Source of the DNA: Podarcis muralis
Taxonomy: Eukaryota
Reading direction: 5' to 3'
DNA length: 64,000 nt
NCBI RefSeq assembly: GCF_964188315.1
Contig: NC_135666.1
Location: forward strand, 22,940,001-23,004,000
Under the pieces are notes generated by a model, which was given only the letters and a program-made list of their open reading frames with translations, did not search any database and was not told the origin of the DNA. Position numbers and translations under genes: made by a program. Positions 26,080 through 38,788 of this stretch are shown in pieces (position 1 is the first letter of the stretch; the number at the start of each line of letters is the position of its first letter).

Positions 26080-26380
26080 ACAACCATTAAAGCACAACAT
26101 AAGCACGGCATTACACAATACTAAAATAAGGTGGGTCCTAAAAATATACATTTCAGGAGTCAAAAGCCAGGGTGAACAGGTGCATCTTCAGCATTCTCTG
26201 AAAAGCTGTATAATGAAGATGCCTCTGCAGGGAGGGAGTTCCACAACTTAGGGACAGTCCAGGGGGAATGCGCTCTCCTGGACCAACCCCTTCTCAACTT
26301 CTGAGGGTGGTGGAACAACCAAGAGGGAACCCTCTGCCAGTCTCATCACCCAAGAGGGTCTGTCTCATCACCCTTTATAT
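26080..26380 (-). mobile_element. Degenerate L2-type LINE 3' fragment
   Basis: aagccagggtgaacaggtgcatcttcagcatt...gggagggagttccacaacttagg, the reverse complement of an L2 3' coding end. Confidence 0.55.
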
Positions 26381-27602
26381 TAATAGTTTAGAGCTGCATT
26401 ACATTGTGATACCTTTAATAAACTTCAGCACGCACACATGCACACACAAATTTGTAATGGCCTGGCAAGCAACACAGTGGTATTGCCTTGAAGCCTTGTC
26501 AAGAATGAAGCCATTTTAAAATTCCGCCCAGCCATCTAAAAATCATAGCAGGGCCTCCAGCTATTTGGAGACGCTGGCAGAAACAGCTCCATCGTGCCCC
26601 AGGTTAGTTGGATTTGGAAGGAGGGCTGGGCAGCTGTGGCTTTGAAATTAGAAACTCAAACCACACTTGCCCCTGCACACTTGTATGTTCCCCACCGCAA
26701 CCTGTAAGTGTGCAAGTAAAACAGGTCATGGTAAAAGGTTCTCATACTCTCCCTTTCAAAAGAATATGATCCTCCAAAGGCTACAATGAACTTTCCAAAG
26801 AACATAGGTAGACAATAAACCCACAGTTTTTTTTTTCTATCATGAGCAGCTCACTATTAAACTGTACCAGAATATGTGTTACTTTTTCTTTTGCTACAGA
26901 GTCCTTGAGGAATGCCTATTACGAGTTTCATTTTCATATTTTAAAGTTGCTTTCTATATATCTATTTTATTTGAGAGAGGAGCTATAAACTATCTGTTGC
27001 ATGTTACGCTCCATCACCCTGAATAATGTTCTCCCTCCAGAATACAAGACGACAACCAATAACTCTTCATTTCAGAAATCTAAAGACAGACCGGTCTAGT
27101 ACTTTCGTGCTTGTTACGTGAGACACTACGTGAGACATCTGAAGTATAGTCTTGTGGTCCCAGAAAGAGCATCTGTTTCACATACAACTACCCCAAGGTT
27201 CAATTCATGGCTCTGGGAAGAAGTGATAGGGGAAAATCTCTGCCTGAGACCCTAGAGAGGCACTGCTAGTCAGAGCAGGCTGGATCAGTGGTGGGCAGAA
27301 GAAAGATGGAGCTACACTGGTAGGCCTCTATGTAGCAGATCAGCATGGATGTTTGACTCCCCCCCCCCAAAAAAAATGGCTCCCAAAATGGTAAAAGCTT
27401 TAGGGGAATACAGGAGTAGACTTTTTGTGTGAAAGGATTACAAGCTCAGTTCCGGTACTAAAAACAAAGTCCTGAGATAAGTCCTGTCTCTTCAGTTCTA
27501 AGTGCCTGTCAGCTCCTGTTTCTCAGCCATTATTGTGCACTTAGCTTTAGCGTCATGGTTCTTCCTCTGTCTGAGGAAAATGGCCAAATTGGACTTTCTA
27601 GT

Positions 27603-27860
27603 CATGGGTAGGCAAACTAAGGCCAGGGGGCCGGATCCGGCCCAATCGCCTTCTAAATCCGGCCCGCGGACGGTCCAGAAATCAGTGTGTTTTTACATGA
27701 GTAGAATGTGTCCTTTTATTTTAAAATGCTTCTCTGGGTTATTTGTGAGGCATAGGAAATTGTTCTCCCCCCTCCCCCCCCAAAAAATATAGTCCGCCCC
27801 CCCCACAAGGTCTGAGGGACAGTGGACCGGCACCCTGCTGAAAAAGTTAGCTGACCCCTG
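27603..27860. mobile_element. hAT (Charlie-like) non-autonomous element
   Basis: Termini CATGGGTAGGCAAACT...AGTTAGCTGACCCCTG with GC-rich ggcccg subterminal motifs; TSD degenerate. Confidence 0.7.
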
Positions 27861-28869
27861 CTTTAGTGGGCCAAGATTAGTTTGCAGACTGGAGGTTCCC
27901 AACCCCTGCTTTTTAAGTTTAAACCAGCAATTTGAATTGAGCTCAGAAATAAGTAGGCAACCTGTGCAGCTGGCGAAGAATTTGTGCCATATGCTTGGAC
28001 CTCCAGGTCTGTCAATAATCTGGGCACTCAATGCTGCACTACCTCATGTCTGAATCATCTCCAAAGGCAGCCAAACATATAATGCATTGCAGTAGCCCAA
28101 TGTGTAGTGGTAACTGGAGCATAGATCACTGAAGCCCAGTTATCCCCATTGAAGAGGGTCAGAGCTATGCCAACAGCTGGAGCTGGTAGAAAGCACTCAG
28201 CACTACAAAGGCTCCTTGTGTCTCTATGGACAGGAATGGATCCAACAGCACCCAAAACTGCACACTTGATCAAAACAAGTGAAATGCCAAATTGAACTAA
28301 TTGCTGTGCTACTATCACCTCGATTCCTGTTTCTTGCAGTAGAAATTATGCTTAATATCTACTGGCATAAAAATGACTGCAGGGATATATTTGTTGCTGT
28401 GATTCTGCCCTCAAGCTTGCTCAAAGTGTCTGCAAATGCACTTGGCTGATTCATAATCTAGCTGGTCATTATTACTAAAAGCACGCCTAACCCTGATTTG
28501 TGCTTTCTCTGCTGCACTCTAGTGAGCAAACTAGACGCTTAAAAAATTAGGCTTTTTATACTTTTTTAAAAACTTCAGCTAGAGGCTTAAACATCCTTTT
28601 TTAAAAAAAAAAAACCACAACAACCAACCTTTAAATCCACAGTACATTATAAAAACCTTCTTAGCACTATAACCTTGCTGCTAGATCTAAATGGCTAGTA
28701 GTTAAATCTCTTTCAATAATAGAAGAATTTGAAGCGCTACAATATAATCAAAATGGATTAAAGGCACAGCAGTATTAGTGAGAGCACTGAAGCAGGAGAA
28801 GGAGAAGCCTGAATGGCTTAACCTTCTTCTCTGCCTTTGCTATAATGTGTGCAGAAGGACTTTCTTGTC

Positions 28870-29210
28870 CACCATGAGTCCCACATTCCATATCGCAGGA
28901 GATTCAGGTTGGGAGGGCAGTGGAGGTGGGGCAGAAGGTGCCACTTTTAAGGTACAGGTAAAATCTAATATAAGCACCTTGGATTGGGCCCAGAAACAAA
29001 CTGGCAACCAGTGCAGCTGTTCTGAAATGGAGGTTATATGAAATCTAAACAGAAACCCAGCAAGTAATCTGGCCACTACATTTTGGACCAATTGAAGTTT
29101 CCCATTCATCTACGTAAGGCAGCCCTAAGTAGAGTGCATTGCAATAATCCAATCTGGAAGTTACAAGAACATGGAGTACAGCAGCAAGGTCATTCTTGTC
29201 CAAAATGGGC
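28870..29210 (-). mobile_element. L2-clade LINE RT fragment
   Basis: Minus ORF KLQLVQNVVARLL...HITSISEQLHWLPVCFWAQSKVL matches the L2 KLQLVQN.AAR...LHWLP motif. Confidence 0.8.
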
Positions 29211-30619
29211 CATGGCTAGTGAACTAGCTAGAGCGAATTTTTCTCTCCAAATATGCCTTTTAAAGTGCATTAAATTTATGAAGCTCTGATTTCGCATATA
29301 TTTCTGATTCTAGTGCAGACGTGGGGAATCTTTGGCCCTCTAGATGGTGCAAAGCCCTACCAGCACCATCAAGTGGATCTTGCCATTTTCTTTACTTCTT
29401 TTTTAATAATATTTGCTCCTCACACTTCAGCCAAAATGGCTCTCAGAGTGGCTTTCATCCAATCAATTGAAACAGGAATGTCACTGTCTGCACACCCCAC
29501 CATCAAAAGACATGGCACAAAAGGAAAGAAGAGGGGGGCAGGGAAACCAGGATCTGGTTCTTTAATATTTTTATAAGTGACCAGCTGGAATGGAAGCAGT
29601 TCAGAGGCAGGAGGTGCCAGATGGAGATGGACTTTCTGCAGAGCTGATGGAATGAGCCCTGCTTCCTTTCTTTTCCTCCAACACAGCCTGCTGGAATGGC
29701 TACCAACAGGTGCTCCCTAAAACTATCTTCTGCCTCCAACATTAGCAGATACCTGTATCTTAGGCACTCAGTAAAGCCACCTAAGAGCAGCAGTATGCTC
29801 CTGGGAGGGGTCATCTGGGGACACACAGGAAGAGTTCTCACTATTCGTTCCAATGGGGAGGAAAGCTCTGTGCTGGTGGTGGACGTCCTAGCTCAGAAAT
29901 GAAGGTGGGGCAGCTCATTCAGAGCTACGGATGAGCACTGGAGGCTTGCAGACCTTTGCATCTCACCTCAACACTTTGATTTCTAAAGCAAAATTTAATT
30001 TCACCCTGTTTGTGAGAAATGCGCATTTTTTAAAATGTTCAGGACACGTTCTGATATGCAGCGCTAGTGCACTCTGGAGAGCTGCCCATGCTTGCATTTT
30101 TGCTGCAAAGATTAGACAGATGGTTAAAATGCAGCTAATGCCTGCCAGATTCCCTCATCTGGATAATATCATCACCAGCTCATCAGAATCCTTGTTCTGT
30201 CTCAGATCTCCCATAACTCATTTTCATCTCCATACACATCTCCCTAATATAGTTAATAATGCAAAATATAAACACAACATCAGGGTTCATGTGGAACATA
30301 ATCATGACTTCTAACTAAACATACCATTAGAAAAACGGATGAGACCACGCTAATGATGGGGAGGGGGGAGTCCATTAGATATGTACTCAGCTTCTGTCAG
30401 ATAAATGTTTGCTTTGTGCAGGAAACGGCTAGAGAGGCGTTAGCTTTGTCACATTTTTTTATGTTAAGGATTAAATTTTTTAAAAAGGACAAACAATAAC
30501 AGAAAAGCTTTGTGATGGGTTATCCTCACCTACCAAGTTACCTTATGCACATGCAACAGGTGCAGAGTGAGGCCAAACAGCCATAAAATTCAAGGTATAC
30601 ATGCCCTAACTCAGGCAGG

Positions 30620-30710
30620 ATGGCTTTAAAAGAGGATTAGACAAATTCATGGACTATAATTCAATGGCTATAAGCCACAGTGGCTCTGTTCTGCCTCTAC
30701 TGGAGTGCTA
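30620..30710 (+). mobile_element. CR1 LINE 3' remnant
   Basis: ggatggctttaaaagaggattagacaaattcatgga, same motif as 52666-52700. Confidence 0.65.
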
Positions 30711-33081
30711 TACAGCAGCTATATGAAAGAAAGAACTTCTGCCTGCAGGGCTACAATCCATAGCACGTTTAGGAAACAGCTTTAGGGACTCTTCCTGACA
30801 CCTAGTATCTCAGTGACGGACTGAAGAACATGCAAAGGAAAAACGAACAAGTGACTAATCAAGGCAGAACTTGGACTTTCTCTTTGCAAAACACTTGAAC
30901 ATTGCTGTAGGTCTTAGCAGACTGTTTAATACGTTTGATTGTCTTTGAAACCAATACCTTTCATCTTATGAAAGTTCTTGTGTCCTAGGCCCAGTCTACT
31001 GAGAAGGGCCCCTTTAACTGGTAGATGGTCGGGGGGCAATTAGTAGACTGCACCAGCACTGTATTGTGAAAATCGCAGGCCCTGAGACATAACCTTTTTA
31101 ACCTGTTTGATAATCTGGCCCTTGTCAATAGGTTCAATCTCTACCGTTGGGGAAAATAAAACAAATTCAAGGTCGACTTGCCCAACTATTTCCACAAATT
31201 TCTGTAGATCCTTTGAATGGAGCTAATAAACCCCAAGTGGCGTGGGTAGGAAAAGGAATTTGAGGAGTTTTGCTTATTGCATCACAATAAAACCATTCAT
31301 GATCACATGCACACACTCAGAGGAAACAGACCACACCCTGCTGAGCACACCTATAATGTTGACACATTCGGCATTCGAACGGTCTACCCATGTAAAGCTT
31401 TATAAGGCAATTACAAACTCCAGGGGCAGTCAGGGCTCCCTAGTTATAGGAAAAAGCCATATACACACAAGTATCATTTTCACAGCAGTACTGTGTTTAA
31501 ATATTTTTAATTTATTTTATTTTTAAAATTATGTCAGGGCCTGAGGCCAGCACCCATTGTCCTGTTCCTCTTACACACATGCCAGGACTAAATGACAACC
31601 CAAGTCAAACAAGATAATTCTGAACAAAGCACTTAATTCCACTGCTGAGGAAAGGGTTTAGAAGTTACAAGTTCACTAGCCCTAGTAGGAACAGGATAGA
31701 CACAACTATCATCAACACAATGCCCACAGATGCTGCTGTGCTCACTGGTTATTGGCATCTGTCTTTCTTGAGAGGCAATGGAGTGCACCTCCAGGGGTGA
31801 AGTCAGACTGTTGCATTAGCAGCACTGAAGTGACCTCCCCATGGGGAGACCTCCCCCCTCCCCATGAGGGGACCTACCCGTCTCAGTAAATTTCCAGTCA
31901 AAAAACCACAGTGCATAAGAGAACGTTCTTCCTGCTCAGTTCCTTTCTGCGTTGTCTCAGCCTCTCCTCCATGCCCCGAAAGCAGCCATTTTGAATTATG
32001 CCACACCACCACAGCAGCCATTTTGTGACTAACACCCCCAACACTTTCTTTCACAATTCAAAATTGGCCCCAAAATTTGTGATCCCTGGTCCAGTGCATA
32101 GAGAAGTCATAGTCTAGTCACTTCAACTTGTTCCCGGTTGCATGGGGTAGGCCACAAAATGTTCTGTGGCTCATCTCACAGTTTGGGAAAGTTCTTCTCT
32201 ATTCCTTTACAAAGCTCTAATTTCTGTAACCAGGTTTCTGTAGCAGGCAACAGTAAAGAAATGCTTTGCTGCATAGAACACTTTAAAGCAACCTGCCTGT
32301 GGTGACTCGCAACTACTAGCCTCTGTCATTGTGTAATGGGTTTGTGGTACTTCAGGATATGCTGTAAAACAGATAAAATCTGCTGCCTGGCATTTAAAAG
32401 GAAACCACCATCTAATTTTCTCCGACCAGCATTGTGACATTTCAAAAGACAGAGACACCTCTGCACATTATGAAAAGGAGCTGTAACATAATGGGAAACG
32501 CACTTAGGATTAATACTTCAAATGCCACAAGCCGATTGCTGGCACTGCAGTCCTGGATGGCTGTTTTCATCATGCCATTTCAGGGACATCATTATGGTAC
32601 AAACAAGTGAGGAATCAAATGTTTCCACAGTTCTGTAAAGTTAAATGTACACTTCTACATTCTGGGAGACCTTGTAGGCAAAGTGCCGTGCAAGATTGAT
32701 CTTTCCCATTCATTTTTAACGGCCCCCTTGTGACATTCATTATCATTTATCTCGAGAGCAAAAAAAAATAAAAATTCAGTAAAGTTTGTTAAAAGAGGTA
32801 GAAGGAAATGAACAAGCGAGAAATGGAATAAATACTACTACTAGTAGTAAACATTTGGGGTCGAAGTGCAATTTGAACCCAAATGTGTCAGTACCCTGAG
32901 TGACTACCAACAGACATGGCAGCTTCACTCTAGCTCTGGGTGGATGGGTTCACCCAGATATCAGGGTTTTCCAACAATGGGTCTCCAGAAGTTGTTGCAC
33001 TTCAGCTCCCATCAGCCCCAGCCAACTTACCTTGAAGAACACTGAGGGAACCACCCTGGGATCTTCGGATGAAGGGTGGTA

Positions 33082-33308
33082 CAGTGGTACCTCTGGTTAC
33101 GAACACTTCTGGTTACACACGCTTTGAGTTATAAGTACCGCTAACCCAGAAGTAGCTGCTCCTGGTTGCGAACTTTGCCCTGGGATGCGAACAGAAATTG
33201 CACGCAGTGGGAGGCGCCATTAGCAAAAGTGCACCTCAGGATAAGAATGGTTTCCGGTTATGAATGGACCTCCGGAACGGATTCAGTTCGTAACTAAAGG
33301 TACCACTG
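33082..33308. mobile_element. Tc1/mariner MITE, family A
   Basis: CAGTGGTACC...GGTACCACTG with TA TSD, inserted in an L2 3' tail. Confidence 0.9.
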
Positions 33309-33325
33309 TATATAAATTTAGAATA

Positions 33326-33461
33326 CAGTGGTACCTTGGATGTTGAACGGAATCTGCTCCGGAAGTCTGTTCGACTTCCAAAGCATTCGGAAACCAAAGC
33401 GTGGCTTCTGATTGGCTGCAGGAGCTGCAGGAGCAAGGCATTCGCGAACCAAGGTATGACT

Positions 33462-33462
<1 letters not shown>
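33326..33462. mobile_element. Tc1/mariner MITE, family B (internally deleted)
   Basis: CAGTGGTACCTTGG...CCAAGGTATGACTG with TA on both sides; internal sequence shared with 58873-59112. Confidence 0.8.
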
Positions 33463-33511
<49 letters not shown>

Positions 33512-33512
33512 T
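33463..33512. repeat. (TAT)n microsatellite
   Basis: About 16 units, probably the expanded L2 tail. Confidence 0.95.
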
Positions 33513-34179
33513 AGTGTTCACTCATACATCGCAGTATGTCCAAGGTGCTTACGCCAAAGCCACTAGATCAGGTGCATTATTTTAAGTGAATATCCACTTT
33601 CTGTTGCCCATCTGCAGCTTATGAAAGTACAAGCAATTTCTAACATCAATATGCATCCTAAGTATTACATAAAAGGTGAAAGTGTGAGCACTTGTGGCAC
33701 AAAGTCAGTCAAGCACACATACCGTCCTCAGCACATGAAAGTAAATGTGACTTTTATGCCCTATTTGTTCTCAAATGGAATTGTGTTAAGTGTTGCTAGT
33801 TTGGGGGAAATTAAGCATTCCAATGCAAGCCCACAGGCATGCATAACCTTGCAAGAAATATCGCCATGACCAGGGATGCTCATTCTCCCTGCTCCACTCA
33901 GCCGTCTAGTCATGCCCTTATCCACGATACTTCATGCTGTTCCCATGCTCCACCCATTTTTCTATTCTTACCTCAAGTCAGTCAGCTTCCCATGACCACT
34001 GAGCTCATTGGGCTGGGTTAGGGAAAAGGTCCCCTTATGTCCTTCCCCCACCAAACCATTTCTTAGAGCTTCTGAAAACCTTTGGCTACCCAAAGCCTGC
34101 TGATTCCTCCTTGCGTCAGGATGGTGCTATTTTGACTACATAAGGATTCACACTTAGCCACTGAACTTCAGAAAGATGG

Positions 34180-34181
<2 letters not shown>

Positions 34182-34226
<45 letters not shown>
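34182..34226. repeat. (GT)n microsatellite
   Basis: About 22 units. Confidence 0.98.
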
Positions 34227-34227
<1 letters not shown>

Positions 34228-34261
34228 TAGCTATCTACACACACATACATAACTATATATA

Positions 34262-34611
34262 AAGGGTAAAGGGACCCCTGACCATTAGGTCCAGTCGTGG
34301 CTGACTCTGGGGTTGCGGTGCTCATCTCGCTTTATTGGCCGAGGGAGCCAACGTACAGCTTCTGGGTCATGTGGCCAGCATGACTAAGCCACTTCTGGCA
34401 AACCAGAGCAGCACACGGAAACGCCGTTTACCTTCCCACCGGAGGGGTACCTATTTATCTACTTGCACTTTGATGTGCTTTCAAACTGCTAGGTTGGCAG
34501 GAGCAGGGACTGAGCAACGGAAGCTCACCCCGTCACGGGGATTCGAACCGCCGACCTTCTGATCAGCAAGTCCTAGGCTCTGTGGTTTAATCACAGCGCC
34601 ACCCGTGTCCC
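34262..34611 (-). mobile_element. Sauria-type SINE, full length
   Basis: Reverse-complement head and tail; perfect 13-bp TSD ataactatatata (34249-34261 and 34612-34624). Confidence 0.95.
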
Positions 34612-35806
34612 ATAACTATATATAGATGACCATTAAAAAAATGGGATAAGGATGAAAGAAAATATGCATCAGGAAAGGTCCACAAAACAAACTTACTGTT
34701 AGTGAACAGAACTAAGCAAACTACCAGGAAAAAAACCCAGCTGAGTACAAATTAGAATCAAGAATGGAAAGCCATGTAACAATTTAATGAAGATCACTCA
34801 TCTATAGAGTATAGAGAAAGAGCTGGTTACACACAAATAGAATTTAGAAACCTGCTGTTATCTTTCTACAGGCAGCTTACTCCTAGCCAATTTCCTTCCT
34901 AATCTGCAGTTAATTAGTCAGCACCATCAAGTTATTAAAAAAACATTTCTCTAGGAAATAATCATTTCATATGCATGACGCATCCGTTTTTATTACGGTG
35001 TCTTTAAAATTTAGACTATTAAGAAATAGACAAGTTTATTTACTTTTTCAAAATAACGAAATTGCATGGTTTTAGGGACATTTTCATTAGAGTTAAAAAA
35101 TAAATAAATAAATCTCCCACTATAATGACAATATTGCCTACAGCAATGCTTAATCTTCATTCGGTTTTTGTTCAGGCGGAAAATTGACATTTGAATGGTC
35201 TGTTTTTTAAAAGCAATGTACACTTGCTAGGAATTGTGGGTGGGTGGGGGTTTGGGAGTGGAAAACACTTCTTCAGCTCCTTAACAAGTACCTTCGGAAA
35301 CTGTTTAGAAATCTGTTTAAAGTGATTAACTTTATGTGTAAGTTAAATATTTGCACAGCAATTCCATACTAGTCAAAAAGAAGGCCAAGAAGTACTGCTT
35401 CGCAAGCACCCACTTTGTTGACCCATGTTATTTCTTACTATAAAGTTAAAATAAGACTGTGGAGGAAGATATGAGGGATCACTTATGGTCAAAGAGCAGA
35501 AATGAAAAGAGTGAATCCAACTACAAAGAAAAACTTGTTCACTTCCATAGTCTATCCAAGAGAAGCCAAAGCACTGCCCTCCATTTGTTGTTGGACTACA
35601 ACTTCCATCAGACCCAGCTAGCATGGCCAACAGTCAGGAATGATAGCAGTTGTAGTCCTAGATAACCACAGGTTGTCCATCCCCATGGCAGATTCTAGCA
35701 TAGAAGGTATTGATTGGCAAGGCTGCCATGGTTTCTGATCTGAGGGTTAAGGACTTCTGAGAAGACCGTCAGAACTAAGTACAGAATTAGTGTACAGCAC
35801 CTTTTT

Positions 35807-36156
35807 GGGACGCGGGTGGCGCTGTGGGTAAAAGCCTCAGCACCTAGGGCTTGCCGATCGAAAGGTCGGCGGTTCGAATCCCCGCGGCGGGGTGCGCTCC
35901 CGTTGTTCGGTCCCAGCGCCTGCCAACCTAGCAGTTCGAAAGCACTCCCGGGTGCAAGTAGATAAATAGGGACCGCTTACTAGCGGGAAGGTAAACAGGT
36001 TACCATCGCCAGAGCAGCAATGTCACGCTGGCCACATGACCCGGAAGTGTCTCCGGACAGCGCTGGCCCCCGGCCTCTTGAGTGAGATGGGCGCACAACC
36101 CTAGAGTCTGTCAAGACTGGCCCGTACGGGCAGGGGTACCTTTACCTTTACCTTTA
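35807..36156 (+). mobile_element. Sauria-type SINE, CpG-rich subfamily, with internal replacement
   Basis: Closely similar to 17463-17829 except for a replaced segment at about 35997-36005; no TSD visible. Confidence 0.92.
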
Positions 36157-37656
36157 AAACAAATTCCCTATGGAATTCTGCAAGAGAGCAAATTCACACA
36201 TCCTTTGCAAACGGCTATCTTTCCTGCCCTTTGCCTTTTCCACATCTATCTCTGTGAGAAGGGAGAACATCACAAGTAGTCAAAATGTTTCTAACCTTTA
36301 TGAAAGGGTATGAGACAGGCAAACAGATTCTACGGCGAGTATTCACAGGCAAAGCTGCAACAGGAGGAAGATTCAGCACACTAGTATTTCACTTTTTACA
36401 CTTTGATGAATTACAGCAAGTTCTAAATTAACTGCAACATCAAAGTTCATTATATTCTCTGTATGCCTTTATTTTCTGAAAATCGGTGAGTGTGGATCAT
36501 TTTATTCTGTTAAATTTTAGATAGCAGAAACAAAAAAAAACTTATTAAGAATGTTCTTGTACATAGACAAGTACTTTGTGTATCAGAACATTTCACACAG
36601 AGAATGCAAAGCTGATATCCTGACCTGGACGTACAGTCTGACCAGAGATAAGATCCATCACTCAATTTAGAAGCCTACGGCTGCCATCCTACCTGTACAC
36701 ACTTACCTGCTCACAAGCCCCATGTAAATCCAGCAGTACTTAGTGCTGAATAAAGACCACACTGAACTGAGCTGTGAAACTACAAAGCTATGTAGAGATT
36801 AACAGAGCACAATAACTTATTTCCAGCTTTTCACTCACTAAATTTATTATCTCGAGTATAAATTCAAATGCAGGGATTAATTTCCTTTGAATAAATATTT
36901 TAATTCAGTTAAAGCACTGGAAACGTATTAACATGTTTGCACTCTGCCCGCTACTAATAAACCCATAACTTCTGCTTATAAAATACATTCTTAACTTCCG
37001 CTATAAATCAATATACACCATAACTCTTCTGTTATCCTAGGTAATTCATTCCATATGCTAAGCTACCATACAAAAATGTTTCTCCCCAAAGGTAATCGCC
37101 TTCCTTGAAGCTATTAAGCATCCATGTTTTACACACAAATACACACACAGAGAGAGAAAGTCTATTATCTTCACATTTTATTTACCTCTCGGTTTAGTCC
37201 AGAACGTTTTCTGGAAGACACGTAAACAGAACCGCTCTATAAAATACAAAAGAGGATTCCAGGAAATCTCTGAGTACTGGCTTTAGATATTAATATGCCA
37301 CTACAACCTCTCAGGCAAACCTCACAAAGCAGTTTACATAAAAAAAGAACATTATTCTCTAACTGGACACCCAACTCCAAATTCCATCAGCCCCCTTCGG
37401 CGAGATGAATGCTCAGGGATGGTGGGGATTTTGGTACAAAACATTTGGATGGCATGAGGCTGGAGAAGACTATATTAAAACAATAAGCAGCAATTTAAAA
37501 CTATATACAGCAATAAGACTGGCCACCAGGGAAAAAGCTTTTTGAAAGCTAGAACCCACCTACCCTCAGGGCAAGATGGTTCCTGAATACACACCAAACT
37601 TCACATCCCCAAATAATGTATTTCTAAAGAGTCTGTAATAAAACCCTCTTTCTTTT

Positions 37657-37686
37657 AGAAAAGAAAAGAAAAGAAAAGAAAAGAAA
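37657..37686. repeat. (AAAAG)n pentanucleotide repeat
   Basis: About 6 units. Confidence 0.9.
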
Positions 37687-38349
37687 TTATATTATGCACA
37701 AGAATGGCTTTGTTGTATTTTTAAAAGCCATGTAACCTTCATAATCATGCAGTGAAATTCCTTGCAACTGAAGAAATAATAGCCACAAGAGCCTGTGGTT
37801 TATTTTACAGCAAACCAATGGCAGGAAAACCAGAATAAAATATAAATGTTGATTTTCCTCTGGTTTCCAAACGTTCCATTTTAAACATGCTTCACAGACA
37901 TTCGTGGATGAAGTAACTTTAAAAAAAAAAAAACTTGCCTAAAACCGTCTGCCTAGTTAAAATTTCCAAATAATTGTCTCAAGAATAAATAGACGTGCAG
38001 ATGTGAAGAGAAAACGTTATGTTACTGTGTTGCAGGCTTGTCAGTAGACACTTGGCTGGTCTCCACATACACAGCAAAAGGAGTTGGCAGCATGGAGTAT
38101 ATGCTGTTTTCAGACTAAGGGATCCTATCATGAATGCTCCTTCACATAAGCAACTCACTGCAAGAAGAAAACTAGCACCTCAGTGCCAAGGGCTGCATGT
38201 TAGAAGCTTTCTAGGCCAGCTTTCTCTTTGCAGGGAGCTTTGTTACATAGGGAAAAGTTTAAAAATAAACAAACAAACAAGCGAGTACATTTATATGCCC
38301 CCCCTTGATTCTGTTATGATTCCAAGGTGGTGTACAACTATTTCTGCCT

Positions 38350-38705
38350 GAATACAAATAATAGCACCTATCAGGACAGACTTTGCTCGTGTGCTCAAGA
38401 CATCGATTCCATAAAACTTATTTTGTTGCACTGTGCAAAATATGAGCAAGCCAGGGCTGAACTGATACTACCCTTGCCCGGGAAAATCAGAGGCTCACTG
38501 TGTCAGGTTCCTATTGGAAGACCGGACAAATGCTAGAACATTAGCAGTGGCAAAGTTTTTATCGGTGGTTGCAAGAACCAATGATCCCTATATTCTGAAC
38601 AAAATGCTTGTTTAACCTGGAGGTAGGCTGTATGAATTGTGTATTGCTTTGTAACGATTTGTTGGGTCTCTGGACCGTAATAAAGATTGATGATGATGAA
38701 TAATA
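38350..38705 (+). mobile_element. Non-LTR retrotransposon 3' end with decayed C-terminal Cys/His motif
   Basis: RLCSCAQDIDSIKLILLHCAKYEQARAELI resembles the CxC-x7-H-x4-C-x2-Y-x3-R motif, with the first His lost; ends ggtctctggaccgtaataaagattgatgatgatg (polyA signal + simple-repeat tail). Clade not assigned. Confidence 0.6.
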
Positions 38706-38788
38706 GAACCATCAATAAACCACCTGAAATTCACAAGGTAAAACACCTGTGTAAATGAAAGTACTTCTGCTTGGCACCAAAGAAGTTA

